Source: Syncephalis fuscata S228
Lineage: Eukaryota > Fungi > Zoopagomycota
Assembly (NCBI GenBank): GCA_025786725.1
Contig: JAHLTZ010000009.1
Coordinates: 718,258 to 782,257, forward strand
Direction: 5' to 3'
Length of the DNA stretch: 64,000 nucleotides
The notes under the pieces are model-generated. The model searched no databases. It saw only the letters and a list, made by a program, of their open reading frames with translations, and was not told where the DNA came from. Positions 1 to 13,093 of the stretch are shown here, in pieces. How positions within the stretch are numbered: position 1 is the first letter of the stretch; the number at the start of each line of letters is the position of its first letter. The position numbers and the translations under genes were made by a program.

Positions 1-1628
1 CAATCTACCCGAAAAAGAAAAGAAAAGGTACTGGTTATGGTTAATATATTTTAATAATTACTTATTTATACAATAATGTATTATGGTAGGAGTATTGGTA
101 TGATGAAACAGCAATTTCCTAATGGTATTCCAGCCTGTGGATCGGATGCACTTCGACTCTCATTACTACTAGCCACACAACAAGTATGTTCATTCTTATT
201 ACTCTATTTATTAGTTAGATGATTAAGACTAATTTGTATTTGTTATTGATTGATAGACACGGCAGATTAATATGGATATTAATAATGTGATATCTGCAAA
301 TCATTTTGCCAACAAATTATGGAATCTTACTAAATTAACACTATCACGACTTGACCTCTTATTAGATGATCATCATACTAACCCAGTCGATGTCATTGAC
401 TATCAACAAAGAGTTCAAACAAATGGACACTCTTTATTAAGCCAATATATATTGTCACGTCTAGCCCATACTACGACATTGGTTGACAATTCATTAAAAC
501 AACTGAATCTTTCAGATGCTACAGATGCTATAAAGCGGTTTATACTCGATGATCTATGTGACACGTTTGTAGAATATATAAAGCCTACACTCTATCATAA
601 AGATCCACAGGTAAATGGATCAATTATAAATATTAATTTATTAATTGCTCATCTATGGAGCAATAGATACAATGGACCGAACTATCCACCCTACTCTATA
701 CACTTGAAGTGTCACTTCGTCTACTGCATCCTATGATGCCATTTATTACCGAAGTAAGTATTTAATCTGGTAGATCAATAGACCATTAACACTATTAATA
801 TGTATAGCGATTATGGCAACAATTACAATACCGACTCCATCCACAATCTATATCATCTATTATGATAGCACCTTATCCAAATCCAATAGACTTTTTATTG
901 TTTGCTAACAAGCATGCCGAACGTGATCTACAGGTAACATTAATCCAATAGTTATAATAGCCATACTTAATGTTATTACTAGTTAATACGCAGTGTTGTC
1001 CACGCATCACGTTCACTACGACAAACACATTTTATTTCAATATCTGAACCACTACCATTTATGGTGTGGATGCCAGAAATGACCTCTAGTCATCCATTAA
1101 CTAGAAACCATATAGCTATACAAAACTTTATTAATGCCCCATCACTCTCCCTTATATCGAATGAGGTAAATAACTATAATAGTAACTATTCAACATACTA
1201 ATATATATGTATGTATATGTATATGTATATGATGTATATGTATATGTATATGATGTAGATGCTATGTAATAATGAAGCGTTAAAGACCCAATTACATCAA
1301 CAATCAGTAGTAGCATCTATAAGAGCAGATCTAAAGGTGTACCTACCTGTAACATCTATTCCGGATCGATTACGAGTTATTAGTCGATTTGAACAGAAAC
1401 TCAGCAAAATACATAGAGAATTAGGTAAAATTGAAATGAGAATGAATAAATTAGAATACACAACCCGTGTACCACTCTCCATTAGAGAAACCGACGAGTA
1501 AGTACTATGTTATAACTAATCATCATTATAATTTATATATGTATAATAGACAACAATTAAAGCTACTCAAAGTACAACAACACGATCTAGATCATAGTAT
1601 CCGACTATTACAGCAATCTAATGAATGA
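1..1628 (+). CDS. Valyl-tRNA synthetase, 3' part (multi-exon; 5' end lies outside the window)
   Basis: Spliced exons give QFPNGIPACGSDALRLSLL, INMDINNVISANHFANKLWN, LCDTFVEYIKP, LLHPMMPFITE and a C-terminal coiled-coil arm (EQKLSKIHRELGKIEMRMNK..YTTRVP). Stop is TGA at 1626-1628. Confidence 0.9.
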
Positions 1629-1654
1629 TTACCGTAATAACAACACGCCTACTA

Positions 1655-4600
1655 CTATCCATAAATACTTCTAGCCAGTAATGATTGTCTTCTTCTAATA
1701 GCTGTGGCATTAGCATTAGTATCTACGCCACCACCACTACCAGTCTTAGTAGTGGTAGTGGTAGTAGTAGATGAATTCAATTTCATTTTACTACTCGATG
1801 GATGTTTATCCGATACCGTGAGTGGTGTGGGTGCTGTTGATGCCACCGATACTATAGATGATGAAGACATGGGTACAGGCCCTGATGTAGATACATTACT
1901 AGTTACTACTTGTGGTACCACTTTCTATTAGGATGATGATGATGATCATGATCATAATAATGATTAATAAAGTGATCTATATATGTATGTATGTATATAC
2001 TGGTTATTACCGTTTCAATAGTGCATACATGACCACAACCTGTAGGACATTCCAAGTTCTCTTGAAACCATGTATACATATGCTTTAAATGGCCACCATG
2101 TCCACAGCCTTGACACCAAGCATATAATCCTTTAACCGTTTGATGACTAGTTCATTATATTAGTGTATTCCTATTACTGTATCTATAGATGTCCTACCAA
2201 AGTGAACACGGATTAACAGGACGACGACATCGATCACAGGCCCAATTAGCACCATGAGGATTATTCAGTGGCCTAAAACAGTTATTACAAGTAGTATGGA
2301 TGACGGTGGCCTCCTAGTTAAATACAAGCTATAAATACAAATACTTGGTGTCACAAGTCATTTACTTGATTAATACTCGATATCTCTTCTAATCGACAAT
2401 TATTCATAACCGCCGATGCAGTTGACCATAATTTAAATCGATGTAATAATTCTACCATAGATACATCAGTAATCAATATAGCCATTAATAATAATAATAA
2501 TAATAACAATAGTTACCGATATAGGCTGTGAACCAATGTTTAGCAATGGCTGGCCATATAGCTAATTGTTGATCCAATACGAGTAATATAGTAGTGCACA
2601 TTTGTACATCCCCCTATACATAGTCTTGGTTAATAGATAGGCTATATAATAAATAATGACCTACTTGTTCACCGTAGTAGTATAGTATTTCTAGTAACAT
2701 TTGTTGTGGATTCCATGATTCACTCCACGGTACCACATCAGGATCAGGATAGGATAGATGGGCCATAATCCCTAATGACTGAGGATAGTGACCAGTAGAT
2801 CCAATAAATGAAGAGGATCGATGTGATTCTTGACTTGTATTACCACGTCGTTCCACATCCTTTTGATGTTGGATCAATGTACTAAGTGATGGTCTTATAG
2901 GCACACCCGTCATAGAATTACTATTAGTATTAGTGTTGTTGTTGTTACTGTTAGTAGTGGTGGTGGTGATGGATTGAGTTGGTTTGGGTGGTTGAGGGGG
3001 TTGTGAAAAGAGTAGTTGTAGTACACGCCAGGTTTGAGCAGTACGTCCATGACCGGCTTGAGCAGCTACGCGAGCATTACGGGCACACGATGCCCATATA
3101 TCCTCACCACTAGCAATACTATACTGACGGGCCATCATACAAAAGGCTTGATAATCAAAGGGTGGCATATTAACAATACCTGCCGGTTGATGTGATTTAT
3201 ACTAAATAGAATTATTAGTTTAATTAACAAGTGGATTGGTCAGTAACTTACCTCGTTACCGATGGTAGTGTCACCAGAAGTGGAGGTGGTTTTATTAGTA
3301 TTGACAGCAGTAGTGGATGTATTATATACATTGGTGGTGGTGGTAATTGATGATGATGATGACCCGGCAGCAGCGGCCACAGCAGCAACAGCAGCAGTAG
3401 GTGTAGGTATATTCGTATTATGGCTACTATTATTACTATGGCTAGGACCACTGATAGAATTACGTGTCTGTCTACTTGTACGTCTTAATGCCGATAACAT
3501 AAATGTAGTAGGTGGCCGATATCTATTAATTATACCATTAGTATGATTATATTAATAATGAATAGATTGTATTTAATTACACTTCATTCTCTATTGATTT
3601 ATCCTCAGCAGCAAATATTATATCGTTATAGGCATTCCAACTATGTGCAGTTACAGTAATTAAATCAAGTGGTCGATGAAAGGCCGATACATGATGTCGC
3701 ATAAAGTGTTTGTCCTTTGAACATGACCATATGACACCCGGATCCTGCCATTTAAATCCTACAATTAATAGTCAATAACCACTATACAAATAATATATAC
3801 ATATACGTATACGTATATATATATATATATATATATAATAACTTACCAGTGGCTACATTATCGTGTTCTTCAATATAGTATTTGGCGAGAAAGGGTCGCC
3901 GTACATCCCATACATGTATACGGTAATCTGATAATAGAGCACATGATGCCACTTCATATTCTCTACCAGGTCTCCACTGTACTCGAGCAACACTCGTCAT
4001 GGTTTGTATAACATGAAGTGGTTTACGTCCATCAGATTTCATATCCCACACCTATCATTATTTAGTTATTTAATTATTTAGTTACTTATAGTTTACAAAT
4101 TACCTTTATAAATTTATCTCTACCACCAGTGGCCAATGTACGACCATCAGAGTGCCAGTCAACAGTCAATGCTAATCCATAATGAGCATTAAGTTTACGT
4201 TCATAAATATTAGGCTTTCTTAAATCCCATTTCTAATAATAATATTATTATTAATTAAATTGATTCAGTATCTATTCGTTTATCTACTTACTTGAATGGT
4301 GCCTGTCTCAAATGCCGCGGCTAATTCGTGTATATTGACTGGATTGAACTGTACATCTCTTACACTTTCTGATTTACCATCAAGTACCAGTTTGGCCGGT
4401 TTAGCCTCTCGTAAATCCTATAGATATAGATATAGATATAGATGTATATATATTGTCATTGATAAGATATAGCACTATATGTTAAATGACTTGCCCATAA
4501 CCGCATTGTACCATCCTGAGAAGCACTAAGTAATAGACCACTGCCTGGTGGTCCACCACATATCCTATTGACTGCTCGAGCATGTTCTGATATCACTCGT

Positions 4601-5284
4601 TCTATAAGTAAATTGATTAGAATTAACTATATCCTATTACAATAGATATACTATATATATAGTATATAGTATAGCAATGTATTACCTTGTAGTTTTTGAC
4701 GGGCCCGAGTCAGATCCCAAATAACAACCGCGCCATTTGTGGCCGCCGTAGCAATCTTTTGTTTAGTTACTAATAAAAGAGTAATTGATTAATTGATTGA
4801 TTAATTAATTAATTGACTAGTCTATAGCCATTATCCTATTACATACACCATTGAACATCGTTACTGCTAAAGTTCAAGTTAAGTCGACTGCCCACACGTA
4901 TATTTAACGCTTCGGTTACTTCAGTCTCGTTAACACTTAGTACTTTTAATACTATTTGTATATAGAATTAGTATACTATTACTATAGTTCAACTAATAGT
5001 AGTGAATTACCTTCACGGCCAGCTACAATAGCATGAGTGCCATCAGGAGAGGAATCTAGTGCATTTAAAGCGCCATTTAACTTTAACTTTACCGCTGACT
5101 GTTGAGGCGGTGTCATTCGGTCTATTGAATGGGCTACAGTATGACCTGTACCATGACTATTGCTACAACTATTACTATTGCTACTGTTGTTACCATGTCC
5201 AGACAGTGAAGGCGGCAATAAAGGCGGTATGAGATTCATTGCAGTACCACTACTATTACTGTTGTGGTTATTATCTCGATACAT
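1655..5284 (-). CDS. WDR24: GATOR2/SEA complex subunit WDR24 (Sea2/Rtc1): WD40 repeats plus C-terminal RING
   Basis: WD40 exons (IVAGRE; VARVQWRP..VASCALLSDYRIHVWDVRRPF), the CARNARVAAQAG..AQTWRVL motif, and a C-terminal CSLC..VKGLYAWCQGCGHGGHLKH..CPTGCGHVC RING. Many short introns. Confidence 0.92.
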
Positions 5285-5459
5285 TGATATACAGGTCGTT
5301 ATTACTGCTGTGTTGTTGTTGTTGTTGTTGTTGTTATAGTGTACTAGTGTTGTAGTTGTTGGTTAGTCAAAGGAGAGAAGAAAGCTTATACATTAAATGG
5401 TTTATTTCTATTAATAAAATGGTGATTATGGTAATTAAAGAACGTAAATATTGGATATG

Positions 5460-5467
5460 TCACGTGA
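5460..5467. promoter_or_regulatory. Palindromic E-box TCACGTGA in a 271-bp divergent promoter
   Basis: TCACGTGA lies between the head-to-head starts at 5284 (-) and 5556 (+). Confidence 0.35.
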
Positions 5468-5555
5468 TGTAATTTACTTTCTCCTTTCTTCTTTTTTACC
5501 CTTGCTATTTCTCCAACTAACTATTTCTCTACTGGTCCATAGAGAGAATATTACA

Positions 5556-8500
5556 ATGTCGTCGTCTAATATATTGGAGGAGAAACTTGCTGGTAAATAC
5601 AGACAATATATACAACAATGACAGTTCTATAACTATAACTATATTATTATTACTATATTACTATATTATTATTACTATTACTATTAGAACCGGCTGTAAA
5701 ACAAGTGGTTCAACAAGTGATTGAACGTGAATTTAACTTGGAAATTTTATTAAAGCGACGAGAACTATCGCTTATTCGACAAGAACTTGATAAAGGAGAG
5801 CGTATACTTGGCTCAATACATAGATATATATTATATGGAGGTAAGAGATAGTTATATTAATTAGAGTGACCTATTAGTTAATATATATGTATATGATATG
5901 TATATGTATATGTATGTATATAACGGTTAATAGAGGATGCAGATACAGAATATACGAATACCCGAGAGACAAGATATACAACAACTAAACAACGCTCTCT
6001 ATCTTCATCAGATCGCTTTAATGGACAAGTAGAAGAGAAGGAAGTGGTTCGTGGCATATCAGCACCTGTAACACCGTTATCATCTTCAGGGACCACAACA
6101 CCAATTGTTCATCGTAAAAGACGATTAGCACGCGCCACTGTAAATCAGAAACCAAAATATGGTGGTAATGGTCCTACACAACCATTATATTCACGTAGAA
6201 GTGATGGTACTTATGTAGTGTAAGTCAAGTCTTTATTGATTAGTAGTAGTAGTAGTAGTAGAATGTCTAATTACATTATAGTATTATATGTCCTACTTGT
6301 CAACGAGGCAACTTTTTAAATATGCAAGGATTTGTTAATCATTTTAAATTAAAACATCGAGGTGATCTGGCATCACATGAAGAAGCCACGGAACTATGTG
6401 GTATACCTGTAGTAAGTAGATAGTATTTGTAGTACTGCTGTGGATAAACTAATGGCATAATATATGTAGAATGAAGAAGAGATTCCTATGGATCATTTAT
6501 GTCGACTTCGTTTTAATGATACATTGCCTGAACGGTAATTTATAATGATTTAATAACTAGTAGGTATGGACTAATAAATGAATATAGACTTAAAGGTATT
6601 GCTGAGAGAGGAGCGGCCAGAGATCAATTAAAACGCACCAAGGTAATCAAAAGGTTAATACAGTTATTGTATTAATGATTGAATATAGCCCAAAATTAAA
6701 GTATTTGAAGAAGCAGTTGATATTCATCAAGATACGACAACAACGACAACAACAACAAATAACAATAGTAATAGTATTGAATCAAATCCATTACAAATGC
6801 AGATTGATTCAAATACAATGACGAATGATAAAGTCAATACTGTTACTAAATCAATTCATACCCTACATAATAGATCATTAACGAGTGAAATGGAGACAGT
6901 ACCTACACTTTTATCCCCTGTACCAATAACAACCCTATCATCTTCTGGATCTCGTTTCTATGTAAAACGACGGGTTACTGTCGGTAATACATCACAATAT
7001 ATACCACCTTGTAAGTATACTGTATTGTATAACCAACTATCTAATTGTAATTAGTAAAACGATCTGAAGATAAAAAGAATCACTCTCATCGATGGATGGT
7101 CTATATTGTAGGACCACCTCAAGTAAGTACCTTGTATGAATATTAGATATTAGATAGAGTGTACTAATAAATGTAATTACTCAATGGTAAAGGATACTAA
7201 TGAAATCAGCACTTATATTAAACGAGTCCGCTTCTACATGCATCCTTCTTATCGACCCAATGATATTGTAGATGTATTAAAACCACCATTTCAACTTATA
7301 CGTTATGGATGGGGCGAGTTTCCGGTTAGATTACAGCTATTCTTTTCGGATACCCGTAATAAACCAGTGGATATTGTACATATGTTACGGGTCAGTTAAT
7401 TAATCTATAGACATAGAGTTGGGGATACTAATGCTCCATAATAGCTTGATGATAGCCATACTGGAGGACAGACCCAAGGAGCAGAACGTACATTTGATTT
7501 AGAACTTGATAGAAATACACAATTTAAACAAATAATCAAAGAAGAGGAGGAGAAAGAAGAACAGAAGGAAGAAAACAAAACGCAAGTAATTAAAGAAGAG
7601 AAAGAAGAGAAAGAAGAAATCTCTAAAGATATATTGGATAAAAATACAATAATCCATACTAATACATCCAATATGATGGATGTAAAAAAAGAAGTAATAT
7701 TAGATACAACGACAAATGAAAATAAGTTACTTTGTGATAAACATGAAAGTGAAGAAGAGAATACTATTAATAATGATGTTATTAATGGTGTAGATAGTAA
7801 GTTTAATTATTTATAAAGAATAGTTATTAATATGATTAGAAAAAGATAAAGCATTTAAAGCTTGGCTTAAACCTCATTTATTAAAGGCCTATCAATATTA
7901 TCCATTAATTAAGCCATTAAGACAAATGAGATCTGGTCAGTGTAGATTAACTAGTTTATTATTATTTATCTAATTTATTTAATCATTAGATCATGTGCGT
8001 ATTTCTTATCGATTAGCATCTTCTATTGATGAATTTACTTTATGGACTCATGGAAGACAGAAATCAGTTTATGTAAGTTATAAGTATATATATTATAAGT
8101 ACTATGTTACTAATATTAAAGTAGTGGCAACAAGCAAAAGCTATTAGTGCTTATTTAAAACGACAAATGGCACAACATCCACCTGTAATGACATCACTTA
8201 GTACAATGCCTCTACCTACTATGCGATTTATTCTCGATTGGTGTCGACAACAATCATTATCATTAATGACATCTAAAGATACAATGACATCTAAGATACA
8301 ATGACATCTAAAAGTAATAATGTCAATTTATCAAATCATTCTACATCAACATTATCAACTAGAGTATTAACCCATAGTATACAAAAGCCAATGACTATTT
8401 ATTGTAAATTCTGTGGTCTATTTCATGCTGATGTATCAACATTGGATTCACCATGGCGTGTTACCTGTTCATCACGTCCCATGGAGTTCCAAGGACCGCG

Positions 8501-9464
8501 TAGTACATTGAATAGTGCCACTACAGCTCGTCCATTACTTGATCAACTGCATCGACAATTAGTATGTGCAACAGGCAATGCCAGTGACGATAATGACGAT
8601 AACATAGACCACGACTTTGACATGGCCATGAACACTGACGAAGATGAAGGTAAATAATATTAACATATATATATATATATACATAATAATAACGTTAATA
8701 ATAATGATTAGATGTCGATATTGAAGTTGATATTGCTGATACACAATGGACACAATCTACTGCACTGTCACACTCTACACCTCTAGTGAATCCATTAGAT
8801 CATTTAATGACCTGGTCTACACTGGCTACTATGCCCGAGATGTCATCATCACCTATGGCTATTGATTGGATATGGCGAGTGATTGGTGAATTACATATGC
8901 CCACCTATTTACCATCGGCATTAGTACCGACCCGTAAAAGTCGTTACTATGGATCACAGATGAGTCGTGTAACTGGAAGTAGTGGTAAAGAGGAACGGGC
9001 CGGTCGATTAGCCATAGTACGGGCATTTGCCACTCCTACATCAAATACTAGTCGTCATAATGAGGATTTGGTAGAGATGGAAGAGCAGAAGAGTGACTCT
9101 AATGCATCACTATTACCACCTGCTCGTTTATTAGCTCTACGACAACAAGTATCTGTAGGCGGTGTTTTACTCTTGGTAAGTAATAACTTATTATTAATAT
9201 TTATATTGTTAATCTATGATATAGGCTACACGATCATTTCTTAAACATATTATTGATAAGGCTAATAAGCAGCGATCATCTTGTGATATGGCTAATGACA
9301 CTACATCTAATAATTCAGAACTATTACGTAAAAAGTCAATGCTTATGCCATTTCATATTTACAAGACACTTTATGAATCACCAGAACAATTTGACTTTCT
9401 TACCCAGCATTATTTAAATGCCAATGATAATAGTAGTAACAGTAACAATAATAAAATTGTGTAA
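5556..9464 (+). CDS. YEATS2-like protein: N-terminal coiled coil, Ahc1-like C2H2 finger, YEATS domain, C-terminal histone-fold-like tail
   Basis: VIEREFNLEILLKRREL; RRSDG..ICPTCQRGNFLNMQGFVNHFKLKH; YEATS signature RVTVGNTSQYI / HRWMVYI / KRVRFYMHPSY / PPFQLIRYGWGEFPVRLQLFF; tail LMPFHIY..QFDFLT. About 14 exons. Confidence 0.85.
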
Positions 9465-9504
9465 AATATACTTTCTTTCTGTTAAACTCTACTTATTATT
9501 TAAC

Positions 9505-10051
9505 ATGTTTCGTTTTACTTCACGACAGCCAGAGATTACTCGGCCAGTATTGAATTTCAACGAGATTCTTCAAGATCTAGTCCAACAGAATAACTGTTTG
9601 GTGAAAGGTTAGTTACTTAATAGTATATTGGCCAACTATATTGATTGAATTCACGTTAATAGATACTTTGACCCTATCGGATACATCGTCACTGGAACAT
9701 GAATTAACTACACTACTTGGTGCTTTGAAGAAAACAAGTCCAGTATTTAGTGATAGTGCTACATCGACACGTAATGAAACAGTAAAAGATATGACTACAC
9801 CTGTATCTTGTAGTAATGAAGAGGAATCGTACGATGAGAACTCGCCTCTTGATAAAGATACAACAACAACAACACTACAAAACGATATAACCGAGAATGC
9901 ACTATTCATTGCCCAAGGTATTCACTCGCTACAAACAACCGTAATTGATCAAGCAGAAAAGGCGCGTCATCATCTGGTTACTGAATTAAATGATCGACAA
10001 CTAGATACAGAGTGTTTACTTAATGAACTCACTCAAGTATCTCATTGTTAG
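9505..10051 (+). CDS. Small hypothetical protein (2 exons, helical C-terminus)
   Basis: ATG at 9505 (MFRFTSRQPEITRPVLNFNEILQDL); a GTTAGT..AG intron at about 9608-9662 joins in frame to ORF 9641..10051. Confidence 0.6.
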
Positions 10052-10224
10052 TAATATACACGCCATCAATACAGTAGCCGTATATGTTTTTGTTATCGTT
10101 TTGTATAAACATTGTTATATAATAAACACATAAGGTTTCCATAGCAATCTTCTATAGCACTATATTATACTATTTGTATGGCTATGTAGATCATTAAATG
10201 TTGTTATTTTTTAGTTGATTTACT

Positions 10225-10460
10225 ATGGCACTGACAGTAGTAAGAGGTATCTTTATTATAATTGCTATTCTATTGCCACCGCTTGCTGTTATACTTAAGG
10301 TAGGATTTAGAACGGATGTGCTAATTAATGTTGTATTTATGATTCTAGGATTTGTGCCGGGTAAGTTAATTAGATTGATGTTTATAATGCTATGTTAACG
10401 ATGATTTGTACCAATGGATTAGCTGTAGCCCATGCATTATATATTGTATTAAGATACTAA
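10225..10460 (+). CDS. Pmp3/RCI2 family plasma-membrane proteolipid (divergent copy)
   Basis: MALTVVRGIFIIIAILLPPLAVILKVGFRTDVLINVVFMILGFVP, then an intron, then AVAHALYIVLRY*. Shows the LPPL..G...D..IN..L.P..HA motif. Missed by the ORF track. Confidence 0.85.
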
Positions 10461-10648
10461 AGCATAACATTTTACTATTACTTGTATATTTAGTAAAATC
10501 AGCCATGATAATGATAATGATAATGATGAATAGACCAATGGCCACTAGTTCTTTAGTTTTATTATAGTGTTGGTTGTAGATTGGACTTGTTAAGCCACCG
10601 TCATTTCTTTCTTTATTCGTGCTTGTTTATCTATTTCGTATTTACAGC

Positions 10649-12447
10649 ATGTACACCACTACCACACCTACTACCCAACGGACCTCTTCCTCTACGACGC
10701 CGTCTCGTACATTCCAGACGACGCTTGGTACAGCCGGTACACAGCTATCACAGCTGCTGACCCCCACCACAAGTAGCGGTACCACGCCGATGGCCACGAG
10801 TGGCAGTAGTGGTGGATTGCCCTATATTGGTCGTCGTCATAGCATCTACGGCACCGAAGACCGTGTCGTACTCGATATTGGATCGCTGTATATGCGTTGT
10901 GGCTATAGTGGTGAATCTCAGCCCCGTCATCTAATCCCGGTATTTGGCGACTTAGATTGTCATCGAGAGCATAGTTGTAACGAGAGCTGTCGTCTTACAA
11001 GTCGGGTAAGCCCTCTATAGGGTCTAGAGCGAAAGTAGTTATGCTAATTAGCTATGGTTATTATAGTTTGCCGAACTATTTACACCGAATATTCATAAGA
11101 TTGATCTAGTATTGTTAGAGGAAACATTGCGCTATTATTTGCATCATGTTTATTATCGGTAAGTGTTGATAGATGCTTATAGAAGATACGCTTATGCAGC
11201 AGTCATTAGCTATTTACTTACCGAACCACGTCAACGAAAAGTACTTATTTGTGAACCACCACTTATGCCGGTTATTGTAAAAGAAATGCTAGCGCGTATA
11301 TTATTTGATCATTTTCAAGTGCCGTCCATTTCATTTGCACCCTCTGGACTTTTAGCCCTTATGACTGCCGGTACAATAACGGGTATTGTTCTAGATAGCG
11401 GTAATTGGGAAACGACGGTTATACCGGTAAGTATTAGTAAAAGGATATTAGTATACAACTAATATAATGGACATCTCATCAAGGTATTTGATGCTCGACC
11501 ACTTATACCATTTGTACAAACAACACCGCTAGCTGGTCGTGCTTTATCTAATCGACTTCGTATTTTGTTACTGAGTCATGCACAAATACTAATGCCGCAA
11601 GGAGAGCCACAGCCATTGACGGCCGACATGATTGCGGCCGAGACGCTTGAAGATATTAAAGCACGGCTTTTATTTGTATCTCCATTTAAGCCGATTAGAC
11701 CCGATGCCGGACCGGCACCTAGCATGGAAGGCGACGACTTTGAAGGATGGTATCGTGATGTAAGTGCCGCCACCGATGCGACATGTCGATTCCAACGGGC
11801 CGATACTGGGCAAACCAGTCGACTATCCATACCGGGATGGGTACGTGAACGGGCTGCTGAAGTACTATTTGATGGAGATGAAGATGAGCCCAATATTGTG
11901 TGCTGTTTACTAGAATCATTACTTAAAGTAAGTGACACATTTATAGACTAATTAACTGATTAACTGATTAACTGATTAATTAAAAGGTACAACCTGATGC
12001 ACGGGTTCAATTGGCAGAAAATGTATTATTGACAGGAGGTACAGCAATGCTACCCAATTTCCAGGCCCGTTTTCATCAAGAATGTATTAGAACGGCTGGT
12101 GAACATCCACGCTATCAAGTACTACAAGGTCTAGTTGACAAAATGCGATTTTTATCCGGTGGTGAACGTGGCCGTATTTTCCCGGCCAATTGCCGTACTT
12201 GGGTAGGCGGTAAGTACATTTACCATTATTATTCATGTATAATAGATATTAACACGCTAAATGATATGATATGATATGATATGATATAGGTTCATTGGTT
12301 GGAGCTATTAGATCAGCTGGACCAGAAATAACCAAGGATAAATTCAATGGCACAGTACCTGACTGGACCAATACACCATTGGCATCTGATGCACCAGAAC
12401 CAACTGGAGATGGTGTTAATACTATTTTTGCACAAACAAACAACTAA
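10649..12447 (+). CDS. ARP10: Actin-related protein 10 (dynactin pointed-end Arp10/Arp11)
   Basis: RRHSIYGTEDRVVLDIGSLYMRCGYSGESQPRH; RKVLICEPPL; GIVLDSGNWETTVIPV; WVRERAAEVLF; NVLLTGGTAMLPNF; WVGGSL; VPDWT. Confidence 0.88.
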
Positions 12448-12700
12448 ATCTTATAAATGACCATGTTAAATATGTCATTCATCCTACCCGTCATCACTTG
12501 TTGCACGTGGTTGACACGTTAAGTGGGCAATAACACGTTAAATGATTTGTGACGGCGTTGTCTACACCAAATAACCATAATAATAATAACCATAATAATA
12601 ATTGTTTAATAATAATAATGCTGTTTGGGTGTAAATTGTATATTTTGTCTTTATTTATATTTATTAGTAACACTGCTCGTGATATTATATAGTTAACAAC

Positions 12701-12706
12701 ACGCGT
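12701..12706. promoter_or_regulatory. MCB-like element ACGCGT upstream of the Whi5/Nrm1-type gene
   Basis: Exact ACGCGT about 390 bp upstream of ATG 13094, in otherwise CpG-poor DNA. Confidence 0.4.
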
Positions 12707-13093
12707 GCATCAATGGCATCCAATTCACGCCTACCTTTGATGTCTTTCTCCTTCTTATCTACTGATAAATAGTCACTATTGGCACTGCTACTATTGGTCT
12801 TTCTTATTAGCACTCAAACTAGTGTATTCACCCTCTTCTATCCACCGTACTATCTTGATAGTTGTCTTTGTATGGGCTTTTGTACAGTCTGTGCACTTGA
12901 ACTTTGTCTGTGCCTCCATCGCGACCATTTGTCTTTTTAAATAGTCATTGGACAGCATCTAGTGGTAGCTATATGTACTTTTCTGCCTCTGTTGTCTCTA
13001 TAAAACACGGTAAGTACTGAAGAACTATAAAGCTTTCTATTTTAATTGTTTACGAGCAGTTTTGTATATCATTCCAATAGTTGCTTGAACAAA

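Noticed and set aside
1200-1258. (TATATG)n and similar (AT)n or (ATTAACTG)n tracts
   Set aside because: Ordinary intronic microsatellites.
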